DNA of 61,953 nt, the filler included. It is 10 parts of 10 records of this genome, joined end to end, with 100 filler letters (N's around TTAATTAATTAA, not from the genome) between each part and the next. Parts side by side here need not be neighbours in the genome. Positions count along the whole stretch, not along the records: positions 35,653 to 38,888 come from SRR11831585_88; positions 38,989 to 43,089 come from SRR11831585_90; positions 43,190 to 46,059 come from SRR11831585_96; positions 46,160 to 48,264 come from SRR11831585_108; 6 more parts are not named here. One strand, 5' to 3'. A program made the translations under genes and the position numbers. A model generated the notes under the pieces. The model made no database searches. It was not told the DNA's origin and was given only the letters and a program-made list of their open reading frames with translations. Positions 36,937 to 46,315 of the stretch are shown here, piece after piece; position 1 is the first letter of the stretch, and each line of letters begins with the position of its first letter.

Positions 36937-38336
36937 ACACTCGCCAGCTATTGAGCGTCGGTATCGATATCGGCACCACCACCACCCAGGTGATTTTCTC
37001 CCGGCTGGAGCTGGTTAACCGTGCGGCGGTGTCGCAGGTGCCGCGCTACGAATTCATTAAACGCGAAATTAGCTGGCAAAGTCCGGTGTTCTTTACCCCT
37101 GTCGATAAACAGGGCGGTTTAAAAGAAGCGGAACTGAAAACCTTAATACTCGAGCAATATCATGCTGCGGGTATTGAGCCGGAAAGCGTTGATTCTGGTG
37201 CCATCATCATCACCGGTGAAAGCGCGAAAACCCGCAATGCTCGCCCGGCGGTGATGGCGCTCTCTCAGTCGCTGGGCGATTTTGTCGTTGCCAGCGCCGG
37301 GCCGCACCTCGAATCCGTGATCGCCGGTCACGGAGCCGGGGCACAAACCCTTTCTGAACAACGGCTGTGTCGGGTACTGAATATCGACATCGGCGGTGGC
37401 ACCGCGAACTACGCCCTGTTCGATGCCGGAAAAATCAGCGGCACTGCCTGCCTCAACGTCGGTGGTCGCCTGCTGGAAACCGACAGCCACGGGCGCGTGG
37501 TTTACGCTCATAAACCGGGGCAGATGATTGTGGATGAGTGCTTCGGTGCAGGCACCGACGCCCGTTCGCTGACCGGCGCGCAGCTGGTGCAGGTGACCCG
37601 GCGGATGGCAGAACTGATTGTCGAAGTGATTGACGGAACGCTCTCACCGCTCGCGCAGGCATTGATGCAAACCGGTTTGCTGCCCGCAGGTGTTACGCCC
37701 GAAATCATTACGCTTTCTGGCGGCGTGGGCGAATGTTATCGCCACCAGCCCGCCGACCCGTTCTGTTTTGCCGATATTGGCCCGCTGCTGGCAACTGCGC
37801 TGCATGACCATCCGCGCCTGCGTGAGATGAACGTACAGTTTCCGGCGCAAACCGTGCGCGCCACGGTGATTGGCGCGGGCGCGCATACCCTTTCGCTCTC
37901 TGGCAGCACAATCTGGCTTGAGGGCGTACAACTGCCGCTGCGCAATTTGCCGGTGGCGATCCCGATTGATGAAACGGATCTGGTGGGGGCCTGGCAACAG
38001 GCGCTGATTCAGCTGGATCTTGATCCCAAAACTGACGCGTACGTGCTGGCGCTTCCCGCCTCGCTGCCTGTGCGTTACGCCGCGGTACTGACGGTCATCA
38101 ACGCGTTGGTCGATTTCGTCGCGCGTTTTCCGAATCCGCATCCCCTGCTGGTGGTGGCCGGGCAGGACTTTGGTAAAGCTCTGGGCATGTTGTTGCGCCC
38201 ACAGCTACAACAACTCCCGTTGGCAGTCATTGACGAAGTGATTGTCCGCGCGGGGGACTATATCGACATTGGTACGCCTCTTTTTGGCGGATCGGTTGTG
38301 CCGGTGACGGTGAAATCACTCGCATTTCCTTCCTGA
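36933..38336 (+). CDS. eutA: Ethanolamine ammonia-lyase reactivase EutA
   Basis: GIDIGTTTT and DIGGGT actin-like ATPase motifs. Confidence 0.95.
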   Translation: MNTRQLLSVGIDIGTTTTQVIFSRLELVNRAAVSQVPRYEFIKREISWQSPVFFTPVDKQGGLKEAELKTLILEQYHAAGIEPESVDSGAIIITGESAKTRNARPAVMALSQSLGDFVVASAGPHLESVIAGHGAGAQTLSEQRLCRVLNIDIGGGTANYALFDAGKISGTACLNVGGRLLETDSHGRVVYAHKPGQMIVDECFGAGTDARSLTGAQLVQVTRRMAELIVEVIDGTLSPLAQALMQTGLLPAGVTPEIITLSGGVGECYRHQPADPFCFADIGPLLATALHDHPRLREMNVQFPAQTVRATVIGAGAHTLSLSGSTIWLEGVQLPLRNLPVAIPIDETDLVGAWQQALIQLDLDPKTDAYVLALPASLPVRYAAVLTVINALVDFVARFPNPHPLLVVAGQDFGKALGMLLRPQLQQLPLAVIDEVIVRAGDYIDIGTPLFGGSVVPVTVKSLAFPS

Positions 38337-38347
38337 GGGAACGACTT

Positions 38348-38885
38348 ATGAAACTAAAGACCACATTGTTCGGCAATGTATATCAGTTTAAGGATGTAAA
38401 AGAGGTGCTGGCTAAAGCCAACGAACTGCGTTCGGGGGATGTGCTGGCGGGCGTCGCAGCGGCAAGCTCACAGGAGCGCGTGGCGGCAAAGCAGGTGTTG
38501 TCGGAAATGACCGTAGCGGACATCCGCAATAATCCGGTGATTGCCTATGAAGATGACTGCGTGACGCGGCTGATTCAGGACGATGTTAACGAAACGGCCT
38601 ACAACCAGATTAAAAACTGGAGCATCAGCGAACTGCGTGAGTATGTGCTGAGCGATGAAACCAGCGTGGACGACATTGCCTTTACCCGCAAAGGGCTGAC
38701 CTCGGAAGTGGTCGCGGCGGTAGCGAAGATTTGCTCCAACGCGGACCTGATCTACGGCGCGAAGAAAATGCCGGTAATCAAAAAGGCCAATACCACCATC
38801 GGTATTCCGGGCACCTTTAGCGCCCGTTTGCAGCCAAATGACACCCGTGACGACGTGCAAAGTATCGCCGCGCAAATCTACGAAA
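38348..38885 (+). CDS. eutB: Ethanolamine ammonia-lyase large subunit, 5' part (truncated)
   Basis: MKLKTTLFG...RLQPNDTRDD, runs into the spacer. Confidence 0.95.
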
Positions 38886-39089
38886 GTCNNNNNNNNNNNN
38901 NNNNNNNNNNNNNNNNNNNNNNNNNNNNNNNNTTAATTAATTAANNNNNNNNNNNNNNNNNNNNNNNNNNNNNNNNNNNNNNNNNNNNGATGGTTTGGAA
39001 GCCCGTCCTGGTAGACGACCTAGCCTACCGAAGATGTGAGTTATTCAAAAATGTCGCTTTCCCGCGTTCCGTAGACAAACGTACCTAAA

Positions 39090-41279
39090 TCAATGTCGTC
39101 TAATACCGAGCGCGCGCCTGATAAACATCTGATCAACGTACCCAATCGATCTACTCCAAATGTCCTGAGTATCCCGAAGATACTGGCTCAACTCATCCAC
39201 ATCAGCCTCGTCGGAAAATTCCAGCAAGTCTACCAGTCGGTGTAACGTCTGAATGGGAATGCCAATCTCTTCTAAGGCATTGACACCTGGTGGTAGATGG
39301 AAACTTTCGAACGCCAATTTGACATGTGTGTAATCGACTTTGCTGCGTATACCACGCTTTACAGCGTGGTGTTTAACTACATCCTCCATCAAGCTGAGCA
39401 CCTTAGGTAGGGTATAGCCGAAGGTATTGGTTATGAGCTTCAAATCATTGTTGAGGGCAATGGAAAGAGTACGTTTCTCCCCTTCAGAAATCCACTGTCG
39501 TGCATAATCGATCTGATTTTTCAGATATTCCGAATAACTTTCAGCACTTAAATAGCCGGCAAGTTTTGCGATCATGACATCCGTAGGCTTAACAGGGACC
39601 CCATTGCGACTGAACGTATGGGGAACCAGTCTGGCAATGATCTTTGCAAAGGTCTTGAGGAAGTTTGTCGCGGGAGTCCAGTGAAACACTAACGAGGAAA
39701 ATTCGTTATCGTCCATCATCTCGAACATGCTTTGCAGCATTTCGAACTGCTCGACACGGAAGTACGAATGCTTCTTCACAAGGTCGATGGAAACACGGTC
39801 GTTTATGAAAACCTCATCAAAGCGATCCTGTGAAAACTCGGACAAGTGGTCTGGTTGAACGCTGGCTAACAGGTTGATTGGGGTATCAATGCCCTGAATA
39901 CCGAGCGGAATATCCACCTCTTGATTGAGATTGTCTTCCGGGATTTCCTCCAGGCAAAAGATTTTGCCGACGAAGTGAACGCCCATGCGCCCGGCGCGAC
40001 CTTTGATGTTCCCATGGGTGAATTTGTCAATGCTGCGAGTTCCATCGCGGTTGTCGTAGATCACAACGTTCTTAGCGATAGTGTTGACTCCTTCAATGAT
40101 CGTGGAGGTGCAGAGCAAAAAGCGCAGTTTTCCAGCATTGAATTGGTCGGCAGTGTATTGCTGCAGTGCCCTCGGTAGCGCGCCAAAATGCAAGCCAATA
40201 CCGTTTCTAAGGGCGACTGTGTAATCCCAGTCGGCATCGAACTCTTCGCTGACCCAGTCGACATGGGGATTCTCAGTCGGAGTGCCATGCCCAAGCCTGA
40301 TCAGCTCGCGCGCCACCAGGCCCGCAACAGTTGGTGACTTGCAATAAATGATCGTTGCGTCGACACATGCGTGCGCGATTTCCCCCAGCGCTTTGAGCTT
40401 GGCTTTGTCGTCATTCGCTTTGATGCCGAACGTCTTAACATCTAGCGCGACTGTATTGAAGTCGGTAGAAACGAAAGTATGCGGATATCCAAGTTTTTCG
40501 AGACCGCGAATGCTGTTAACGAACGGTCCCGTCAGGTAAAACTGCCTGGAGACCTTAAGCAGTTTGCTTAACGCAATGTTGAGCTCGATGACTCGTTCGT
40601 CTTGATGATCAATGTCCCCGCTTTTCAGTTGTCGGAACGCCAACTTGTAAAACTCGTCAATGACGAAGAGGTCAATGTCGACGATGTCGTCACGCTCGTT
40701 CACTCGCTCCTGAGTTAACACATAAACAGCCTGATCGGAATGGCACACTTGGGAACTGTGGTGGATGATCTGATATCGGTCACCGAATCGCTCTTGCAGT
40801 CGGCGACGGGTTTCGTCGGCAAGAGCCACGGTTGGAACAACCAGAACAAGCCGTTTCAAAGTTCCCATGCCGAGCAATGAATCGACGATTGCACTTTTGC
40901 CCATGCTTGTAGGTGCACTCAGCACCACGTTTTGACCAGACTTGAGCAGATCGAATATGTGGAACTGCATTGAGTGGAAAACATAACCATCCGAGAATGG
41001 CGTCCGGTATAGCTCAAGCACCCTCAGGTCATCCGGTGTCAGGCTGGTGAACTCCTTTTTGAGATACGGGAACAAACCTGATTTTCTCACCATATTTTTC
41101 AAAATTGTGGTGTGCTCGGAAAACCGCTCGCGCGAATCGAGAGCTCGCACGATCAAGTCCCGTCCCAAGTCATACGAAACAGGGTTAGACAACAGCTTGT
41201 TAACCGCAAACAGATAATTGAACGATGAGAAGTCCTCACCCTGCAGGCTATGTTTCGCCTGTTCATAGATCTCTGTCAT
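39090..41279 (-). CDS. abpB: Ski2-like SF2 helicase, Hachiman HamB-type anti-phage protein (AbpB/YfjK)
   Basis: 729 aa. Motif I APTSMGKS, Ia VPTVALA, Ib TQER, II DEFY, V TSTIIEGVN, VI NIKGRAGR. Confidence 0.9.
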   Translation of the reverse strand: MTEIYEQAKHSLQGEDFSSFNYLFAVNKLLSNPVSYDLGRDLIVRALDSRERFSEHTTILKNMVRKSGLFPYLKKEFTSLTPDDLRVLELYRTPFSDGYVFHSMQFHIFDLLKSGQNVVLSAPTSMGKSAIVDSLLGMGTLKRLVLVVPTVALADETRRRLQERFGDRYQIIHHSSQVCHSDQAVYVLTQERVNERDDIVDIDLFVIDEFYKLAFRQLKSGDIDHQDERVIELNIALSKLLKVSRQFYLTGPFVNSIRGLEKLGYPHTFVSTDFNTVALDVKTFGIKANDDKAKLKALGEIAHACVDATIIYCKSPTVAGLVARELIRLGHGTPTENPHVDWVSEEFDADWDYTVALRNGIGLHFGALPRALQQYTADQFNAGKLRFLLCTSTIIEGVNTIAKNVVIYDNRDGTRSIDKFTHGNIKGRAGRMGVHFVGKIFCLEEIPEDNLNQEVDIPLGIQGIDTPINLLASVQPDHLSEFSQDRFDEVFINDRVSIDLVKKHSYFRVEQFEMLQSMFEMMDDNEFSSLVFHWTPATNFLKTFAKIIARLVPHTFSRNGVPVKPTDVMIAKLAGYLSAESYSEYLKNQIDYARQWISEGEKRTLSIALNNDLKLITNTFGYTLPKVLSLMEDVVKHHAVKRGIRSKVDYTHVKLAFESFHLPPGVNALEEIGIPIQTLHRLVDLLEFSDEADVDELSQYLRDTQDIWSRSIGYVDQMFIRRALGIRRH

Positions 41280-42892
41280 ACGACCTCTCTCACCTTCTCA
41301 TCAACTAATTGGGTTAACCGCTCAAGACTCGGGGCTGGATAAATGAATACGTGGATGCAAAGATTCGCAAACGGCGAATCCTCGATGAGGTCAGCCGCGA
41401 ATTTTTCGAACAGCACCGCTGTTTCTTTCTCCAGGTCATCCTCGAACCCCGGCGTTTCAGGCTCGGTTAGTAGATTAGAGTCGTAGCCCACGAACAGAAC
41501 AAACGTGAAACGATCGAGGTGAGCATCGAAAGGTTGGCTGCCATCAAGAATTTCGTCAATGTCGTGGCGAAGCAGGTAGTTATCGTCTTTAATGTCGAGG
41601 ATTTTTTTGCGCGCGGTATCGATGCAATCCGAAATGTCCTCGTACAACTGATCCCGTATCTCCGGCAATCTGACGGCAATGTTAATATCAGTCACCAACT
41701 CGCTGAAGCCAATCCAAAGCTGATCACCTTCTGGATCGCGGCGAACGATATGCACGTTTTCAAGAATTTTTTCGGCCCCTGCTTTTTCCACGTATAGCAT
41801 GCAAGGAATAGGCTGGCTTTCGTGGTGCTGCCGGATCGTTGCGTGCAACAGCACTCGACCCAAAAATTCGCTGACGTCATGGAGCGATTTGAAGACGGAA
41901 TTCTTTAGTCGTTCTCGCTTTTCAATGAATGTCAGTTTATGAATATCAGACATTTCTTTTGGTCGGAGAAAAACCTCATCCAACCATTGACAGACGTTAT
42001 CCGCGATGTGCTTGTAGCGGTATTTCTTAAGTGAGTACTGCTGATGTAGAACCTGGCCTTTACGCTTAGCGCAGACCGAAGCCATAGGCGCTCTAAATGG
42101 CGTAAGGATGTGGGGTAAGTCCCGTTTGACGTAGATTTTGCGGCCTGACCGAGATTGGTCATCTTCGACACGCTGCTTGAACCACTCAAGTAGGTCTGGT
42201 CGTAAGTAGGACTTGTCATCAGCACTGTGAATGCGTCGAGAATGCTCGCCCTTGCGCGTCACAGTATCAAGGATGCGGCACCAAATGTCTTCGGCGACGG
42301 TTTCGGAACTGAGAATGACCCCATGTAGATCTTGGGAGGCCAGCCGTATGTTCTTGATCCCTAGAAGTTCCAGTTCGCGCAGGGATGAAAACACTTCCCA
42401 TGTAGCCGCATCGATCCAATCTGAAACGCTTATACCTGAGTCTGTTAAAAAATTGTCTGTGCGTTTGTTGAGGTCATCGATGAGTTCCTGTCGACCTGGC
42501 TTATCTAGTCGGGCGTTTGGGCTGATCGTCAAGTACTCAAGGGTTTTGTTGACCTTTTCCTCTGTGACGATGGAGTACCTACGTCCAAGGGACAGGTCAG
42601 ACTCACACTGCATTGATTTGTGCAAAATTGAACTGCAGGGGATCGTCTTTTTATCAGCACCTTTTGAATTCTGAACGATGTCCGAAATGTTCCAACGTGT
42701 TTTGCCGGTGCTTTTTACCTGAACGAAGTCGATGTATCCATCAGATACAATGTCGATATCGTCTGTGACCTCGCAGCGCACACTGCGGATAGTCTTGTCA
42801 CGAAGCATTCGGGTGACATGGTAAGCGGCTACGCAGTCCTGAAATAAGAAACCGTGCTTGGCGGCTACTCCGCCTGAATCGTTCGACTCCAT
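41276..42892 (-). CDS. abpA: Cap4-like (DUF4297) PD-(D/E)xK nuclease fused to a HamA/DUF1837-like domain (AbpA/YfjL)
   Basis: 538 aa. N-terminal GG..A..GF.FQD / EVTDD / QVK nuclease signature. Stop overlaps the helicase start (ATGA). Confidence 0.85.
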   Translation of the reverse strand: MESNDSGGVAAKHGFLFQDCVAAYHVTRMLRDKTIRSVRCEVTDDIDIVSDGYIDFVQVKSTGKTRWNISDIVQNSKGADKKTIPCSSILHKSMQCESDLSLGRRYSIVTEEKVNKTLEYLTISPNARLDKPGRQELIDDLNKRTDNFLTDSGISVSDWIDAATWEVFSSLRELELLGIKNIRLASQDLHGVILSSETVAEDIWCRILDTVTRKGEHSRRIHSADDKSYLRPDLLEWFKQRVEDDQSRSGRKIYVKRDLPHILTPFRAPMASVCAKRKGQVLHQQYSLKKYRYKHIADNVCQWLDEVFLRPKEMSDIHKLTFIEKRERLKNSVFKSLHDVSEFLGRVLLHATIRQHHESQPIPCMLYVEKAGAEKILENVHIVRRDPEGDQLWIGFSELVTDINIAVRLPEIRDQLYEDISDCIDTARKKILDIKDDNYLLRHDIDEILDGSQPFDAHLDRFTFVLFVGYDSNLLTEPETPGFEDDLEKETAVLFEKFAADLIEDSPFANLCIHVFIYPAPSLERLTQLVDEKVREVV

Positions 42893-43189
42893 TTAGACAT
42901 CCGTGACAATTTTGCGAAAATTAAGGAGATGTTATGACACAGTCCAATCGGATCACTGCATCATCACCAGTGATCTAAATACTTCACAGCCATTCTCGGT
43001 CGCAGGTATCAAGCTTTTCAGGATTCCACAAATATTGTAACCCTGACGTCTAATTTGGTTATATAACATACTGCCCCAACTAACGTAAGNNNNNNNNNNN
43101 NNNNNNNNNNNNNNNNNNNNNNNNNNNNNNNNNTTAATTAATTAANNNNNNNNNNNNNNNNNNNNNNNNNNNNNNNNNNNNNNNNNNNN

Positions 43190-45402
43190 GGTCCGTGCCA
43201 AGCTCGCGCCCCACACGTTGTTCTGCACGGCGGTCTTGAGGAACTGCACGGCATACTTGCGCACATTGGCTGCTTTGTCACTCACGCGCGCACATGCCCG
43301 CTCCACCATGGCAAGAAGGACCTTCCACGGCACCGCTTTCTCACTGCATGGGGTTTGTGTTGTTTCGTGAGCCGATCAAATTATAACAGCCGGAGAGCGA
43401 TGATACGAGATACGGTTGGAATGCACTTGGAGCACCGCGGGGAATTGGTGAAATGGAAGTAGACAGCACAGACGAGACTAACGACTGCCACCAGCAAAAG
43501 CCACGACGCAGACACACAACAATACCACCACAACACCAAAGCAGTAACCCGGAAACATGGAGTGTGCCACAACATACGCGACCAGCTGAATCCATGTCTG
43601 CAGCGTCTTGCTGCGTGTGTACGCGTTCACATCCTCATGGCGCTCCAGCAGAACTTTAATCAGGGAATCGCGCGTCTCCGTCGATTTCATTGCGATAGAG
43701 GCATCCTCGGCCGGCTGTTGTGTGCTCTCCGCAACCTTGAGGATCAGCTGCCCAATCATGGAGATGATGGCGTTTCGGATCACGTAACTCTGCAGCAAAT
43801 ACAACCAGCACGATTTTTCCGTGAGCCCATTGACGGCCGCATTACCACAGACAGGAAACAAACTCTGAGAATGATGCAACTCAATGAATGTGTGACGGCA
43901 ATATTTACACAGCCACACGAGAAAAGCAACGTGCGAATCGAACGGCTATATTCGCCTGTCAACACTCATAGTGTGGTGAAGAAACGGGGTTTGAGAAATG
44001 AGACAACAAAAACAACAACAAACTACGGCACGCCTGACGCACCTCTTCCTCCAGGTGGCTCAGCAGCAGACTGATGTTGCTAAGGGTAAACTTGGGCGCC
44101 ACCACACTCAGCCGCACCAAGAACGCAGCCAGGTTCTTTCCTGCACTAGCGTCCTTTCCCAGATCATCCGCGTTGAGGCTGCCCATCTGTCGCAGCAGAG
44201 CCACCGCACACAGTGGGTGCACACCGGTCAGCTGTTCCACCATATCGGCACAGCATTCGGCGAAATGTTCGTGTTTGAGCACCGCGTCAAGGATGGCGGA
44301 GAGAAAGAGAGTGTAGGTGGGGTCGGGATCGCGTTGTGCGCAGTGAACCAGTGTCTTGAAGACCTAAGGGCCGTTGCGGGGGTGATAAGAGAAAAGGCGG
44401 ATACGTGGATAGATATGCAGAGTCAAGGATGCTTTTTGCAGGACGAAGAACAGCAGAGTATGATGAGAACACAGGAGATACATATGATATAAGCAGAAAA
44501 AGACGAACAAGTATATAGGCACGAAACACCATACACAGGGCTTGACACAGGATGAGGACACAAGAGACACATATGATATAAGCAGAAACAGACGAACAAG
44601 TACATACGCACGCAAAAGCAGGCGGAACGTACGGATGCAAGCGTTGCCTTCTGCTTCACGATCTTGTTGTTGCACAGCAGAGCGACACCTGCAGAGGCGA
44701 GCAGCTGCAGATACTGTGCAAGCGCAGTCTTTGCCCACGCAGATGTGTCGCAGTTGGTAAATGCCGTCATTGCACTCACTAACTTGCTGTGCTCCGAGTC
44801 CCAGTCAAAAGTCTCGCTGGCACTGTGTGAGCTGGTCGCCTTCTTTTTCCCTCGCCCCTGCAGAAATGTTTGAATGAGCATTTTCATACAAGTGTTTGCG
44901 ACAACCTGACAGGTGTTGTGAGACAACGAGACACCACAACAGAGGCGACTGAACAAGCGAATGCGGGCTGTACCTTCGCGGGGACGGCGGTGACCGATGC
45001 CGAGATAACACCAGCCGCATCACTTGCTTCCACCACGCGCACAACACGTGTTAAGAGATACAGATAGCAATGCACAGCTCGTTGATCGCCGTGATCCCCC
45101 GATGGATTCGTCATGCAAAGCGCTTTCAGACCCGAAGCGACCAAATCAACCAATTGACTTTTGAATGTGACCTCCAACTCTTGCCACCGGCCACTGTATA
45201 CATGTGCCAGCCCAATTACATTGGATTCGCAAATGTACCTCGGATTCTCAAGGATACGATCCACAAATTCTACCACATATTAATATACACTCCGAAACAA
45301 ATCGGGCGTACCATCTAGGTTGCGTGCAATGGCAGCCGCATTGAATTCGGCATCAGTAAACTGATCCGCGAAGTTGGCCAGCTCTTCCTCTAGCGACGGC
45401 AT
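43190..45402 (-). CDS. Eukaryotic condensin subunit CAP-D2/Cnd1 (NCAPD2-like), 5' part, spliced
   Basis: Exons 45402-45312, 45269-44974, 44857-44633, 44363-44043, 43789-43578 and 43343-43190 are joined by GT-AG introns and stay in frame. Peptides FDW, LLSHLEEESYVIRNA, DVNAYTRSKTLQ and DKAANVRKYAVQFL are typical of CAP-D2 HEAT repeats. Confidence 0.8.
44462..44612. repeat. Diverged ~62-bp direct repeat inside an intron
   Basis: GATGAG(A/G)ACACA(G/A)GAGA(T/C)ACATATGATATAAGCAGAAA(A/C)AGACGAACAAGTA... at 44462 and 44551. Confidence 0.85.
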
Positions 45403-45654
45403 CCTTTGCGGTTACCTCGCAGACCAAGCAGATAGAATAGAAACTCGGATCCGCGCTGAGACCTGCTTGGGACGAAGCCTGAAAACACAAGGTTCAAAAT
45501 GCGCGCCAATGCAATACGCCGCTTTTTGAGGGCGAGCATCCGAACTTCCGAACTTCATAGGGTTGCAGTCTTCTGGACAGCGGTAGCATCTGCTGCTCTC
45601 TCGCGACCGTGTTACAGCTAACGAGCGTCCCAAGCAGGTGAGCATGTGCAACCA

Positions 45655-46058
45655 ATGGCTATGAAGGCGGTAGTATTTTGTGTTGTTTTGATAATTGCGA
45701 CATTGGCGCTGGTAAATGCTCGCGGATCGAAAGCATTCTCATTTGTTGAGTACTTTCAAGGGTATTGTTCACTCCCCGTCGTACGCTGTGCTAAAACCTT
45801 GATAGGGAGTGGGATGTAGATGTGACTCATTCTTCCTACGGGGGAGACAGATCCAACACAGGTATGTCATTTGTGTTCATAATTTTCTGGTCGCTAACTA
45901 ATGTGCGTACTGTTACAGATGCGCCGCTGGCTGTGCAAATTCATGTGTCTGTACATGCTGCCACAGACGTGTTCGAGGGACTTATGGGCTTCTACAACAC
46001 CTCTCTTTCTCCGTTCACGCATAACCCGGTCTTCGTGTACGTCACAGTTCCCATCTGA
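45655..46058 (+). CDS. Eukaryotic secreted protein of unknown function, 5' part, spliced
   Basis: Signal-peptide-like MAMKAVVFCVVLIIATLALVNA. GT-AG introns 45762-45805 and 45862-45918 keep the frame: ...YFQGEWDVDVTHSSYGGDRSNTDAPLAVQ... Confidence 0.55.
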
Positions 46059-46315
46059 CNNNNNNNNNNNNNNNNNNNNNNNNNNNNNNNNNNNNNNNNN
46101 NNNTTAATTAATTAANNNNNNNNNNNNNNNNNNNNNNNNNNNNNNNNNNNNNNNNNNNNATTGCTGCAAGTGTGTTTGTGTGGGTCGTTCGTGGCACCGC
46201 GGCAGCTGATTACAGTGGTTGACGAATGTGTTCTGTGAACGTTGAACAGTTTTTGTTGTCGAATGTGTGTTGTGTGTTGTTGTTGTTGTTACTGAGCGGA
46301 CTCTCTATGTGTCAG

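Noticed and set aside
38348-43343. Defence genes inserted into eutB, or linked to the eukaryotic DNA
   Set aside because: The segments are separated by artificial spacers, so there is no evidence of physical linkage.
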